Shown one piece after another: positions 28,048-39,130 of a stretch of 64,000 bases of DNA; position 1 is the stretch's first letter; every line of letters begins with the position of its first letter. The notes beneath the pieces are model-generated. The model searched no databases. It was not told the origin of the DNA and saw nothing but the letters and a program-made list of their open reading frames with translations. The position numbers and the translations under genes were made by a program. This DNA comes from Acidipropionibacterium sp. (lineage in GTDB: Bacteria; Actinomycetota; Actinomycetes; Propionibacteriales; Propionibacteriaceae): assembly GCA_022647765.1 (NCBI GenBank), contig JALCLH010000001.1:227480-291479 (forward strand), in the 5' to 3' direction.

Positions 28048-29574
28048 ATGGCCATCCCGTCGTTCGTCGACCGCGCGACCCTGCTCGCCGTAGCCGGCAA
28101 GGGAGGCGATGGCTGCGCCTCGGTGCGCCGCGAGAAGTTCAAGCCGCTGGGCGGGCCCGATGGCGGCAACGGCGGCCGCGGGGGCTCGGTGATCCTGCGG
28201 GTCGATCCGCAGCTCACCACCCTGGTCGACTACCACCGGCAGTCGGTGCGCAAGGCCACCAACGGCCAGCCCGGCAAGGGGGACGATCTGAACGGCGCCA
28301 ACGGCGAGGACATCGTGCTCGCGGTGCCCGACGGCACCGTGGTGAGCGACGCCGAGACCGGCGAGGTGCTGGCCGATCTCACCGGGGCCGGCGCCGAGAT
28401 CGTCGCCGCGGCCGGCGGGCGGGGCGGTCTGGGCAACACCGCCCTGGCCAGCGCCGCCCGGAAGGCCCCCGGATTCGCCCTGCTGGGCGAGGCCGGCGAG
28501 GAGCGCAAGATCACCCTGGAGCTCAAGGTGGTCGCCGACATCGGCCTGGTGGGCTTCCCCTCGGCCGGCAAGTCCAGCCTCATCGCGTCGATCTCCCGGG
28601 CCCGGCCCAGGATCGCCGACTATCCCTTCACCACCCTGGTGCCGAATCTCGGCGTCGTGGTGGCGGGGGAGACCACCTACACCGTGGCCGACGTCCCCGG
28701 CCTCATCCCCGGCGCCTCCCAGGGCAAGGGCCTGGGCTTCGACTTCCTGCGCCACATCGAGCGATGCCGGGCGCTGGTGCACGTCATCGACTGCGCCACC
28801 TACGAGCCGGGCCGCGACCCGGTCACCGACCTGGACGCCATCGAGGCCGAGCTGACGGCCCACGGCGGCCTGGAGGACCGGCCGAGGCTGGTCGTGCTCA
28901 ACAAGGTCGACGTGCCCGACGGCGCCGAGCTGGCCGAGATGGTGCGCCCCGACATCGAGGCCCGCGGGCTGTCGGTCTTCGAGGTCTCCACCAAGTCGGG
29001 CCAGGGTCTCAACGCGCTGCGCTTCGCGATGGCCGAGGTGGTGGCGCGCACTCGCGAGGAGTCGCCGGCGCCCGAGCCGGCCAGGATCGTGATCCGGCCC
29101 GCGCCGGTGGACCGCAGCGCCAAGGCCTTCACCATCGCCAAGCAGGGCGACGGCGAGGGCGGCTTCCTGTGGCGGGTCAAGGGGGAGAAGCCCACCCTGT
29201 GGGTGGCCCAGACCAACTTCTCCAATCCGGAGGCGGTCGGCTATCTCTCCGACCGGCTGAACCGGCTCGGCGTCGAGGACGAGCTGCTGGCGATGGGCGC
29301 CCAGGCCGGCGATGCGGTGGCGGTCGGCGGGGAGGACGCCGTCATCTTCGACTTCGCGCCCCAGGTGCAGTCGGGGGCCGAGCTGCTGTCGCGGCGCGGC
29401 GAGGACCAGCGGCTGGAGCACGAGCGCCCCTCTGCGACCCGCCGCCGCGAGGAGGACAAGGAGTACCACGAGGCCCGCGACGCCCACGGCGTGGTCGGGC
29501 GCGACCCCGAGGGCCGGTCCTGGCGGGCCGAGCTGGCGGAAGAACAGGTCGAAGAGCAGGCCGATGAGTCCTGA
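28048..29574 (+). CDS. obgE: GTPase ObgE
   Basis: [26 protein letters not shown] and NKVD motifs. Confidence 0.98.
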   Translation: MAIPSFVDRATLLAVAGKGGDGCASVRREKFKPLGGPDGGNGGRGGSVILRVDPQLTTLVDYHRQSVRKATNGQPGKGDDLNGANGEDIVLAVPDGTVVSDAETGEVLADLTGAGAEIVAAAGGRGGLGNTALASAARKAPGFALLGEAGEERKITLELKVVADIGLVGFPSAGKSSLIASISRARPRIADYPFTTLVPNLGVVVAGETTYTVADVPGLIPGASQGKGLGFDFLRHIERCRALVHVIDCATYEPGRDPVTDLDAIEAELTAHGGLEDRPRLVVLNKVDVPDGAELAEMVRPDIEARGLSVFEVSTKSGQGLNALRFAMAEVVARTREESPAPEPARIVIRPAPVDRSAKAFTIAKQGDGEGGFLWRVKGEKPTLWVAQTNFSNPEAVGYLSDRLNRLGVEDELLAMGAQAGDAVAVGGEDAVIFDFAPQVQSGAELLSRRGEDQRLEHERPSATRRREEDKEYHEARDAHGVVGRDPEGRSWRAELAEEQVEEQADES

Positions 29575-30762
29575 TCGTGCCGTTCGCGGCGATATCGCCG
29601 CGGCGAACCGCGTCGTCGTCAAGGTCGGATCCTCCTCCCTCACCCAGCCCGGCGGGGGGAATCGACGTCTCCAAGGTGGACGCCCTGGTGGAGGTGCTGT
29701 CGGCAGCCAGGGAACGCGGCCGGGAGGTGGTGCTGGTGAGCTCGGGGGCGATCGCCGCCGGCTTCCCAGCGCTGGGAATGGCCCGGCGTCCCCGGGATCT
29801 GGCCGGACGGCAGGCCGCCGCCTCGGTGGGACAGGGCATCCTGCTGCACCGCTACGAGGAGGATTTCGCCCGGCACCGGGTGACCACCGGGCAGGTGCTG
29901 CTCACCGTGGAGGATCTGGTGCGGCCCAAGAGCTACCGCAACGCCTGGTCGACCCTGGGCAAGCTGCTCGCCCTGGGGGTCGGTTCCGGTGATCAACGAG
30001 AACGACGCCGTGGCCACCGGGGAGATCCACATCGGCGACAACGACCGGCTTGCGGCACTGGTCTCCGAGCTGGTCCGGGCCCAGGCCCTGGTGCTGCTGT
30101 CGGACGTCGACGCCCTGTACACCGCCCATCCTTCCGACCCGTCGGCCCGCCGGATCGACCACGTCGACGACATGGACGCCTTGGAGGTCGACACCTCCCG
30201 GTCGGGTTCCGGGGTCGGTACCGGGGGGATGGCGACGAAGCTGGAGGCCGCTCGGATCGCCACCGGATCGGGTATCCCGGTGGTGCTGGCCGATTCCGGG
30301 GACGCCCTGGCGGCGATCCGGGGGCAGCAGGTCGGCACCTATTTCGCCCCCTCGCACCGGCGTCGCCCCCGCAAGCTGCTGTGGCTGGCCGACGCCGCCT
30401 CCCCGCAGGGGGAGATCCGGATCGACGAGGGGGCGGTGCACGCCCTGCGCGACCGCAAGGCCTCCCTGCTGGCGGTGGGGGTCACCGAGGTGCACGGCGA
30501 CTTCCAGGCCGGCGATCCGGTGCTGGTGATCGGCCCGGACGGTCGCACTGAGGGGCGCGGCATCGTCTCCTACTCCGACCAGGAGGTCAGGGAGATGCGC
30601 GGTCGTTCGAGCGCCTGGCTGGCCCGCGAGATGGGGGACGCCGCCAGCCGCGAGGTGATTCACCGCGACGCGCTGGTGCTCACCCGGCGGCGCAAGACCA
30701 TCAGAGCCGAGGAGAACAGTCCGGGGGAGAACAGCCTGGGGGCGGAGTCGGCGCGTCGGTAG
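29564..30762 (+). CDS. proB: Glutamate 5-kinase, frameshifted near 29655 and 29982 (probably sequencing error)
   Basis: [31 protein letters not shown] and PUA domain across three frames. Confidence 0.9.
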
Positions 30763-30771
30763 GATGGCGTC

Positions 30772-32016
30772 ATGTCTTTCCAGGATCAGGCGCGTGCCGC
30801 CAAGGCGGCGACCGGGGCGCTGCGCAGGCTCGATCGGGCCGGCAAGGATGAGGCCCTCGGGCTGATGGCCGGCCGGCTGCGGGCCGCGACCGACCGGGTG
30901 CTGGCGGCCAATGGCGAGGATCTGGAGCGGGGCCGGGCGGCGGGGATGCCGGAGAGCCTGCAGGACCGGCTGGCGCTGACCGGCGAGCGGGTCGAGGCGA
31001 TGGCCGCTGGGCTGGAGGCGCTGGCCGGGCTGCCGGATCCGGTCGGTGAGGTGGTGCGCGGCTGGGTGACGCCGCAGGGGGTCCGGATCGAGCAGGTCCG
31101 GGTGCCGATCGGGGTGATCGGCATCATCTACGAGGCCAGGCCCAATGTCACCGCCGATGCCGCCGGGATCTGCCTGAAGTCGGGCAACGCCTCGCTGCTG
31201 CGCGGATCCTCCTCGGCGCTTGAGTCCAACCGGGCGGTGATCGCGGCGCTGCGCGACGGGCTGGTCGACGCCGGCCTGCCGGTCGACGCCGTCAATCTCG
31301 TCGAGGGGGGCCACGAGATCACCGACGAGATGATGCACGCCCGCGGGCTGGTGGATCTGCTCATCCCGCGGGGCGGGGCCGGGCTCATCAATGCCGTGGT
31401 GACCGGGTCGTCGGTGCCGGTGATCGAGACCGGTGTCGGCAACTGCCATCTGGTGGTCGACTCCTCGGCCGATCTCGCGATGGCCGAGACGATTGTGCTC
31501 AACGCGAAGACCCAGCGTCCCAGTGTGTGCAACGCGCTGGAGACCGTCCTGGTGCTCTCCGACGTCGCCGGGGAGGCGGTGCCGCGGCTGGTCGGCGCGC
31601 TGGCCGGGGCCGGGGTGACCGTGCACGGGGACGAGCGGACGGCGTCCCTGGATTCCCGGGTGGTGCCGGCCGGCGAGCACGAGTTCGAGGCCGAGTACCT
31701 GTCCCTGGATCTGGCGATGAAGGTGGTCGACAGCCTTGAGGAGGCCATCGGCCACATCGCCCGGTACGGCTCGGGGCACTCGGAGACCATCGTCACCTCC
31801 AGTCTGGAGGCCGCGCGGACCTTCCAGGAGTCGGTGGACGCCGCCGCGGTGCTGGTGAACTGTTCGAGCCGTTTCGTGGACGGCGGCGAGTTCGGCTTCG
31901 GGGCCGAGATCGGCATCTCCACCCAGAAGACCCATGCCCGCGGGCCGATGGGTCTGCAGGAGATGACCTCGACCAGCTACCGGCTGAACGGCAACGGTCA
32001 GACGCGGCTCGGCTAG
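30772..32016 (+). CDS. proA: Gamma-glutamyl phosphate reductase
   Basis: [16 protein letters not shown] and [10 protein letters not shown] motifs. Confidence 0.97.
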   Translation: MSFQDQARAAKAATGALRRLDRAGKDEALGLMAGRLRAATDRVLAANGEDLERGRAAGMPESLQDRLALTGERVEAMAAGLEALAGLPDPVGEVVRGWVTPQGVRIEQVRVPIGVIGIIYEARPNVTADAAGICLKSGNASLLRGSSSALESNRAVIAALRDGLVDAGLPVDAVNLVEGGHEITDEMMHARGLVDLLIPRGGAGLINAVVTGSSVPVIETGVGNCHLVVDSSADLAMAETIVLNAKTQRPSVCNALETVLVLSDVAGEAVPRLVGALAGAGVTVHGDERTASLDSRVVPAGEHEFEAEYLSLDLAMKVVDSLEEAIGHIARYGSGHSETIVTSSLEAARTFQESVDAAAVLVNCSSRFVDGGEFGFGAEIGISTQKTHARGPMGLQEMTSTSYRLNGNGQTRLG

Positions 32017-32025
32017 GGTGTGTTC

Positions 32026-32148
32026 ATGAGTATCGTCCCACTTCTGACGAGCGCACCGACCCTGATCGTGTCCGCCGTCGTCCTGGTCGTTCTGCTGTGC
32101 GCCCTGTTCGCCGTGCGCGGCATCGGCAAGGCGCGCCCGCACAGCTGA
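32026..32148 (+). CDS. 40-aa single-pass membrane protein (not in ORF track)
   Basis: MSIVPLLTSAPTLIVSAVVLVVLLCALFAVRGIGKARPHS fills the proA-nadD gap. Confidence 0.65.
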   Translation: MSIVPLLTSAPTLIVSAVVLVVLLCALFAVRGIGKARPHS

Positions 32149-32164
32149 GGACCGTTGATTCTGG

Positions 32165-32824
32165 ATGAGCAGCGTGGAACTTGGACTGGCGCGCGTCCAT
32201 GACGGACGCCGGTACCGCCTCGGCGTGATGGGCGGCACCTTCGACCCTATTCACCACGGCCACCTGGTGGCCGCCTCGGAGGTGGCCTCGCGGTTCGACC
32301 TGGACGAGGTCGTCTTCGTGCCCACCGGGGTGCCCTGGCAGAAGAAGGGACGCAACGTCTCCCAGGCCGAGGACCGGTATCTCATGACGGTCATCGCGAC
32401 CGCCTCGAACCCGTCCTTCTCGGTGTCGCGGGTCGACATCGACCGGCCGGGCGACACCTACACCGTCGACACCCTCAAGGACCTGCGCAAGGAGCGGGGG
32501 GCCGACGTCGACATGTTCTTCATCACCGGCGCCGACGCGCTGTCTCACATTCTCACCTGGCGGGGGGCCGAGGAGCTGTTCGACCTGGCGTACTTCGTGG
32601 GGGTGTCGAGGCCCGGGGTGCCGTTCGGCAACAAGGACATCGCGCACCTGCCGTCGGACAAGGTGACCCTGCTGGAGGTGCCGGCGATGGCGATCTCCTC
32701 GACCGACTGCCGCCAGCGGGTCTACACCGGGATGCCGATCTGGTATCTGGTGCCCGACGGCATCGTGCAGTACATCAACAAGCGTGGGCTGTACGGACAG
32801 CCCGATTACCCGGAGGATCGTTGA
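32165..32824 (+). CDS. nadD: Nicotinate-nucleotide adenylyltransferase
   Basis: [11 protein letters not shown] and ISST motifs. Confidence 0.97.
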   Translation: MSSVELGLARVHDGRRYRLGVMGGTFDPIHHGHLVAASEVASRFDLDEVVFVPTGVPWQKKGRNVSQAEDRYLMTVIATASNPSFSVSRVDIDRPGDTYTVDTLKDLRKERGADVDMFFITGADALSHILTWRGAEELFDLAYFVGVSRPGVPFGNKDIAHLPSDKVTLLEVPAMAISSTDCRQRVYTGMPIWYLVPDGIVQYINKRGLYGQPDYPEDR

Positions 32825-33237
32825 GCGCAACAGAGCAGGCCATCGAACTGGCACGGGTGGCGGCCCGCGCCGCCGCCGACAAGAAGGGCACCGACATCCT
32901 CGGGCTGGACGTCTCGGAGAATCTGGCCCTCACCGACATCTTCCTCATCATCTCGGCCGGCAATGAGCGCCAGGTCGCGGCGGTGGTGGACGCCGTCGAT
33001 GAGGCGGTTCGCGGTGCCGGCGGCAAGGCCGTGCGGCGGGAGGGGGAGCGGGAGAACCGCTGGGTGCTGCTGGACTACTCCGACATCATCGTGCATGTGC
33101 AGCAGCCGGAGGTGCGCCAGACATACTCTCTGGAGAGGCTGTGGAAGGACTGCGCCGAGGTTGATCTGCAGCTGCCCGACGCTGTGCCTGATGTGTCTGT
33201 TCCGGACGGTGCTGTGTCGGATGGGGCAGGGGAGTGA
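32821..33237 (+). CDS. rsfS: Ribosome silencing factor
   Basis: [16 protein letters not shown] and YSLERLW motifs. Confidence 0.95.
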   Translation: MSATEQAIELARVAARAAADKKGTDILGLDVSENLALTDIFLIISAGNERQVAAVVDAVDEAVRGAGGKAVRREGERENRWVLLDYSDIIVHVQQPEVRQTYSLERLWKDCAEVDLQLPDAVPDVSVPDGAVSDGAGE

Positions 33238-33888
33238 GCGGCGCGGCGTTCACCCGGGTGATCCTGGTGCGCCACGGGCGCACGCAGTTCAATGCCGAGA
33301 ACCGGTTGCAGGGCCGCTTGGACATCCCGCTGGCTGATGTGGGGGTGCGGCAGGCCGAGGCGGTGGCCCCGGTGATCGCCGCGATGCGCCCGGACGCCAT
33401 TGTGTGCTCCCCGCTGGTGCGCGCGCATCGGACCGCGCGGACGATCGGTGAGGCCTGCGGTATCGAGCCGGTGACCGACGAGCGCCTGATGGAGATCGAC
33501 GTCGGCCGCTGGGCCGGGAAGTCGGTTGACGAGCTGCGCCGCGAGGATCCACGGTTCGTGGCGTCGATGGCCAGTGGGGAGGATTTCCGAAGGCCGGGAG
33601 GGGAGACCGGCACCGAGGTGATGGAGCGGATCGCAGGGGCTCTGGAGGGGATCGTCGAGGGGCATCGGGGGCAGCGGGTCGTGGTGGTGAGCCACGGTTT
33701 CGCGCTGCGGACCGGGGATCTGCCGGCTGCTCGGGGGCGACTATTCGGTGTCGAGAAGTTTCGGGGGGCTGGGGAACTGCTCGTGGAGCCTGATGGACCG
33801 GTTCAGCGAGGAGGAGGCCGAGGCCCGCGGGCTGGAGCTGCGCTGGCGGCTGCGGGCGTACAACTGCAAGGTCGAGGTGGCCGGCTGA
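33234..33888 (+). CDS. Histidine phosphatase (PGAM family), frameshifted near 33715
   Basis: VRHGRT, SPLVRA and VSHG motifs; C-terminus (LGNCSWS..WRLRAYN) is in another frame. Confidence 0.8.
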
Positions 33889-33986
33889 GTCTGGTGAAGT
33901 TGGCACCGGCAACGGCGATCCCCTATAGTTCTACGGGTCGCCGGAGCAGTCCGGGGGCGCGAAGACGGCCTGAAATGGCGGTTTTC

Positions 33987-34059
33987 GGGGCATTGGCGCA
34001 GTTGGTAGCGCGCTTCCATGGCATGGAAGAGGTCAGGGGTTCGAATCCCCTATGCTCCA
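33987..34059 (+). tRNA. tRNA-Ala(GGC)
   Basis: 73-nt cloverleaf, acceptor stem GGGGCAT/ATGCTCC, anticodon loop ATGGCAT, GGTTCGAATCC T-arm. Confidence 0.97.
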
Positions 34060-34100
34060 CACTGATGATTTATCAGCCAAATAGATCAGAAGATCTATTT

Positions 34101-34173
34101 GGGGCATTGGCGCAGTTGGTAGCGCGCTTCCATGGCATGGAAGAGGTCAGGGGTTCGAATCCCCTATGCTCCA
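34101..34173 (+). tRNA. tRNA-Ala(GGC), identical second copy
   Basis: Exact duplicate of 33987-34059. Confidence 0.97.
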
Positions 34174-34398
34174 CATAGTTGGGAATATTCGAGCTCTGTT
34201 GTGTTTTGGCACAGCTTTGTTAAGGAATGTTTCTCGCCGGGATCTGCTATTGGAGATTGCGGTTATTCGTGCGCGTTAGAATCAGTGAGGTTTCTCGTCT
34301 GCCGGGAAAACGGTAAGACTCGTCACACGCTTGTCGTCCGAACCGGTACCATCGGAGGTGCCGATTCGGTAGATTTGCAGGTGTCACTCTAGCGCGGG

Positions 34399-35049
34399 GT
34401 GCGCACAGTCGAGGGAGATCGCTTGACACACCAGCATGGCGACCACGACGACGATCGCTACGCTTTGTCGTTCACCAGTGGCACCCTCCTCACCCGTGAG
34501 GCAAGCATCGGCGCGCCCCTGTACCTTGAGGATCACGACTGGCAGGCAGTCAGGGCTCGCCTCATCGGAGAGAACCTTCTCCAGACCCGCACGGATTCTT
34601 CGGCCGCGCGCCTTGCTCGCGAGACCGTTCAGCGTCTTGCCGTTTTTGTCGACAGAGAGTTGGAGTTGCTGGTCGCGGCAAGTCCCAGCGAACGCAACCT
34701 GCTCATGTGGATCGCGGCCTGCCGCCGTTACGCGTTTATCGGCGAGTTCGCCGAAGAGGTCGTCAGGGAACGTTATCTCCTTCTTACCCCGTCCCTCGAG
34801 TATGCGGAATTTGACAGCTTCGTTTCCGGTAAGGTCTTGTGGCATCCGGAGCTGGCGGAGCTGAAGGAGTCGACATTGAAGAAGTTGCGGGCGACCGTGT
34901 TCCGTATGCTCACCGAGGCCGGTCTGCTCTCAAGGGGGAGGATCCAGCAGGCGGTCCTGTCAGAACGTGTCCGCGATGCGCTAGACACTCGCGTGCCGAG
35001 TGACGTCCGCTTCCTACCGCTGCGAGTAGCGATGGAGGCCATGTCATGA
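34399..35049 (+). CDS. brxA: BREX protein BrxA (DUF1819)
   Basis: YALSFTSG, ENLLQ, WIAACRRY and MLTEAGLL motifs; first gene of the operon. Confidence 0.88.
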   Translation: MRTVEGDRLTHQHGDHDDDRYALSFTSGTLLTREASIGAPLYLEDHDWQAVRARLIGENLLQTRTDSSAARLARETVQRLAVFVDRELELLVAASPSERNLLMWIAACRRYAFIGEFAEEVVRERYLLLTPSLEYAEFDSFVSGKVLWHPELAELKESTLKKLRATVFRMLTEAGLLSRGRIQQAVLSERVRDALDTRVPSDVRFLPLRVAMEAMS

Positions 35050-35645
35050 CGCCAGCCGAGCTGACATGCCAGGAAGAGCACCTGTTCGCCGTGATGTCAG
35101 GGCAGCGGTTCCTCAACATGGAGGGCCTGTCGAATGAGGTCCCGTTCTTCATCTACCCCTACGACCCAGAGAACGCACTGGCGGTTGCCAAGGCCCGCAA
35201 GCACGTCACCAACCGCCTCGCTCAGGCTGGAATCACAGTGCAGACCGTCAACTTGTACGACATGTCGATTGAGATCCTCAAGGATCGCGGGGTGTGGGAC
35301 CGGCTCATCTCCTTGGAGCCCGACCAGGACAAGGATGATTTCCGCGAGTTGCTCCAAGGCATGCTTGACCCTCAAGAACACTTGGCTCCCGCGATCCGTA
35401 AGAAACTTAAAGACGGCGATTACGACATCGTGTTCCTCACCGGCATCGGTGAGGTCTTTCCGTATATTCGTTCCCACAACGTGCTGAACAACTTGCAGTC
35501 GGTCGTGGTGGGCAAGCCCATGCTCATGTTTTTCCCTGGCCGCTACGAGCAGTCCGAGACGCTCGGCTCGTCACTTGTGTTGTTCGGACGGCTGACGGAT
35601 GATCAGTATTACCGCGCCAAGAATATTCTGGAACAGGAACCGTGA
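35046..35645 (+). CDS. brxB: BREX protein BrxB (DUF1788)
   Basis: NEVPFFIYPY, GIGEVFPYIRSH, FFPGRY and YYRA motifs. Confidence 0.92.
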   Translation: MTPAELTCQEEHLFAVMSGQRFLNMEGLSNEVPFFIYPYDPENALAVAKARKHVTNRLAQAGITVQTVNLYDMSIEILKDRGVWDRLISLEPDQDKDDFRELLQGMLDPQEHLAPAIRKKLKDGDYDIVFLTGIGEVFPYIRSHNVLNNLQSVVVGKPMLMFFPGRYEQSETLGSSLVLFGRLTDDQYYRAKNILEQEP

Positions 35646-38600
35646 CCGTCATGCTGCTCAACGAGATCTTCGCAAAAGACGTTCAGCGCCCGATCGAAGG
35701 TGTTATTAAGGCCGATGACACCGCCCACTTGGGCACTGAGGTCGAGGAGTACGTACTCACCAACGAAGCTGCCAAAGGACTGGATCAGCTGTTGGAGGCC
35801 TACACGAACTACACGAATGCGAACGGCGTGTGGATCTCTGGCTTCTTTGGCTCTGGTAAATCCCACTTACTGAAGATGCTCGCCCATCTCCTCGGTGACG
35901 TGGAGGGCCAGTCCTATTCTCGCAGCGCTGTGTCCCAGAGCTTCATGTCGAAGGCTGCAGGAGATTCGTTCCTCATTGCCTCGCTGGCGAAGGCGGAGCG
36001 CATCCCCGCAGAGAGTCTCCTGTTCAACATCGACCAGAAGGCCACCCTGATCTCCAAGGACCAGCGGGACGCCCTGCTGAAGGTGTTTGTCAAAGTCTTT
36101 GATGAGTCTCGCGGCTACTACGGAAACCAGGGCCATGTCGCCCGGTTCGAGCGCGACCTGGACAACCGGGGCCAGCTCGACGCATTTAAGGCCGCCTACG
36201 CCCGCATCTCCGGTCGGGATTGGCTCCAAGGCCGCGAAGAAGGTGTCCTGGAGGAGGGCAACGTCGCCAAGGCGTATGCCGAGATCACTGGCCAGAGAGA
36301 TGGCGCACCGACAAGCATCCTGACCAAGTACCGCAATGAGTACAAGGTCTCCATCGAGGACTTCGCCGAGGAAGTCAAGACGTGGCTGGATCGCCAAGAT
36401 TCTGGCTATCGGTTGAACTTCTTTGTCGACGAGGTGGGCCAGTTTATCGGCACCAACACCCACCTTATGCTCAATCTCCAGACCATCGCTGAATCGTTGA
36501 ACACGAAGTGCGGCGGACGGGCTTGGGTGTTTGTCACCAGCCAGGAAGACATGGACAGGATACTCGGCGACCGGACAAAATCTCAGGGAAATGACTTCTC
36601 GAAGATCCAGGCCCGCTTCGCCACCCGCGTGAAGCTGACCAGCGCCGACGTGGAAGAGGTCATCCGGAAGCGACTGCTCACCAAGAACGAGAAGGGCAGC
36701 GAACTCCTCGACGCCGTCTACGTGGCCGAGCACGGGAATTTCAAGACCCTGTTTGACTTCGTCGATGGGGCAAAGACCTACCGTAATTTTCTCGACGAGG
36801 ATCACTTCGTCGGCACTTACCCGTTCGTGTCCTACCAGTTCCCGCTGTTTCAGGCGGCGATCGAGTCGATCTCAGATCATAACGTGTTCGAGGGCCGCAA
36901 CTCGTCCGTTGGCGAGCGCTCCATGCTCGGGGTGGTTCAGCAGGTCGCCAAAGACCTCGGCGCCCGGGAAGTGGGCAGCCTTGCAACGTTCGATCAGATG
37001 TTTGCCGGCATTCGGGCTTCACTCAAGTCTGCGGCCCAGCGTGCGGTTGACATCGCGGAACATAATCTTGACGATCAATTGGCGATCCGCCTGCTCAAGG
37101 CACTGTTCCTTGTGAAGTATGTGGACGACTTCAAGGCCACAGCCCGAAATCTCGCCGTGCTCGTCTATGATCGGTTTGGGATCAATCTGTCAGAGTTGAG
37201 CAAGAAGGTCCAGGCCTCCCTTACCTTGTTGGAGACCCAGACGTACGTGCAGCGCAACGGCAACGTATATGAGTATCTGACTAACGAGGAACAAGTCATC
37301 GAGGCAGAGATCAAGAACCTCGACATTGACTCATCCGAAGTATCCAGCCGCCTGAGCAAGATCTTGTCTGGCGATGTCATCAAGACCTCTAAGATCCGTT
37401 ACGCTAAGAATGGGCAGGACTTCAGTTTCGGCTATAAGCTCGATGACCAGGCCTTCGGCAAACAGCCAGAACTCGCTCTTCACTTCATTACCCCCGAGTA
37501 CCCCTATGGGTCAGAGGAAATCCGGATGCACTCGGCAGGAAAGGACGAGCTGCGCGTCGTCCTTGCCCCTGATGAGCGTGTCATGGGCGACCTGCGGCTG
37601 CTCATCAAGACGGAGAAGTACACCAAGAGGAAACTCACTAGTTCCATCTCTGCTAACGAGCAGCGCATCCTTCAGACGAAGGCCACACAGAACAGTGAGC
37701 GGGAGAAGGAACTCGTTGAACGCATCCGCCGCGCCGTCGGCCGGGCCGCTCTCATTATCAACGCCGCCGACATCACGTCCACCTCTCAGGATGCTCAGAC
37801 TCGGGTGACCGACGGCTTCCAAGACCTCATTTCCCGCACGTACACGCAGTTGAGTCTGCTGGGTGGGTGCACGTACACCGAGCAGCAGGTTGCCGGGTTC
37901 GCAAACCCTGACTCTGGCATGATCGACGATCCCACCCTCTCCAAGCTCTCCACGCCTGGGGAAGAGGTGTTGTCGTTCGTGTTGCAGCGGGGCCGTCTCG
38001 GTGAGCAGAGCACGGTCAATACGATCGTCGACCATTTCCAGGCCAAGCCCTACGGCTGGGATCTGCCCTCCATCGAAGCCGTCGTCGCGTGGCTCGTGGG
38101 TGCGTCGAAGGTGACGCTGAACATTGACAGTAACACGCTCAAACGCAGTGAGGTCGCAACGATTTTGCGTAATACGCAGAAGCACTCCCACGCGATCGTC
38201 GCTCCGCAGAAGGACTTCGACCCTCGAAAGGTGACCGCTTTCCGTAGCTTCTGCACAGACTTCTTCGACGACCCCACAATACCGAAAGACCCGCTGGAAC
38301 TCGCCCGTTTCGGCTCCTCGAAGCTGTACGCGACTCTCAACGAGCTCAAGGCCCTCACGACGTCATCAAAGTACCCGTTCATCACTCAGCTGAATGAGCC
38401 GATCAGCCTGCTGGAACAGGTCGTGGGGCAGAAGGACGAGTGGTACCTCACTGACTTCCCGTCCGGTGACGTCCTCCTGGATGCCAAGGGGGACGTGGTC
38501 GACCCAATCATCGCCTTTCTCCACGGGGGACAGCGTGCGATCTATGACGAGGCAGTGGCGCTGCTCGCTCAGAACGCCAGCAACCTCAACTACCTTCCCG

Positions 38601-39130
38601 AGGGCTGCGATGTCGAGATAGAGCATATCTTGGATGATCCGGCGGCCTTCCGCGGAAACAAAATGACCAAGCTCAAGGCTGCGACCATTGAACTGAAAGC
38701 CGAGATCGACGATGTCCTGAGCACCACCCGGATGAAGGCCAGCCAAGTGATCATCGTGCGCAGGGATGACTTGCATGACAACAGGATCTATCTGGATGCC
38801 CCGGATTATACTCGGCGCTCAGTCGACCAACAGATTCAAAATAGACTCGCGCGGCTGGATTCGGAGCAGCAGATCGCTGTGGTCAACGAGATTGCCCACA
38901 CGTTTGAGGAGACGGCCTACCCACAGATTTTGGACGAACTCGCTGCCGCCGCAACCGACCTACCTGTGAATCCGGAGCCCCCGGCAAGACAGACCGTCTC
39001 CATCAAGACGATTCGCCCCACAGGTGTCACCGGACTGCTGGATACCGAGTCCGATGTCGATCGTTACCTCGGGGCTCTGCGTGACGCTCTGGTGGGGGCA
39101 CTCAGCGAGGGAAAGAGGATCACCCTATGA
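35642..39130 (+). CDS. brxC: BREX P-loop ATPase BrxC
   Basis: RPIEGVIKA, WISGFFGSGKSH, FFVDEVGQF and KPYGW motifs. Confidence 0.95.
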   Translation: MTVMLLNEIFAKDVQRPIEGVIKADDTAHLGTEVEEYVLTNEAAKGLDQLLEAYTNYTNANGVWISGFFGSGKSHLLKMLAHLLGDVEGQSYSRSAVSQSFMSKAAGDSFLIASLAKAERIPAESLLFNIDQKATLISKDQRDALLKVFVKVFDESRGYYGNQGHVARFERDLDNRGQLDAFKAAYARISGRDWLQGREEGVLEEGNVAKAYAEITGQRDGAPTSILTKYRNEYKVSIEDFAEEVKTWLDRQDSGYRLNFFVDEVGQFIGTNTHLMLNLQTIAESLNTKCGGRAWVFVTSQEDMDRILGDRTKSQGNDFSKIQARFATRVKLTSADVEEVIRKRLLTKNEKGSELLDAVYVAEHGNFKTLFDFVDGAKTYRNFLDEDHFVGTYPFVSYQFPLFQAAIESISDHNVFEGRNSSVGERSMLGVVQQVAKDLGAREVGSLATFDQMFAGIRASLKSAAQRAVDIAEHNLDDQLAIRLLKALFLVKYVDDFKATARNLAVLVYDRFGINLSELSKKVQASLTLLETQTYVQRNGNVYEYLTNEEQVIEAEIKNLDIDSSEVSSRLSKILSGDVIKTSKIRYAKNGQDFSFGYKLDDQAFGKQPELALHFITPEYPYGSEEIRMHSAGKDELRVVLAPDERVMGDLRLLIKTEKYTKRKLTSSISANEQRILQTKATQNSEREKELVERIRRAVGRAALIINAADITSTSQDAQTRVTDGFQDLISRTYTQLSLLGGCTYTEQQVAGFANPDSGMIDDPTLSKLSTPGEEVLSFVLQRGRLGEQSTVNTIVDHFQAKPYGWDLPSIEAVVAWLVGASKVTLNIDSNTLKRSEVATILRNTQKHSHAIVAPQKDFDPRKVTAFRSFCTDFFDDPTIPKDPLELARFGSSKLYATLNELKALTTSSKYPFITQLNEPISLLEQVVGQKDEWYLTDFPSGDVLLDAKGDVVDPIIAFLHGGQRAIYDEAVALLAQNASNLNYLPEGCDVEIEHILDDPAAFRGNKMTKLKAATIELKAEIDDVLSTTRMKASQVIIVRRDDLHDNRIYLDAPDYTRRSVDQQIQNRLARLDSEQQIAVVNEIAHTFEETAYPQILDELAAAATDLPVNPEPPARQTVSIKTIRPTGVTGLLDTESDVDRYLGALRDALVGALSEGKRITL

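Noticed and set aside
33987-34173. tRNA duplication as attL/attR of the island
   Set aside because: Both copies are complete and only 41 bp apart, with nothing integrated between them.
33234-34178. 314-aa ORF reading through the tRNAs
   Set aside because: Artefact of the frameshift near 33715; the true C-terminus ends near 33888.
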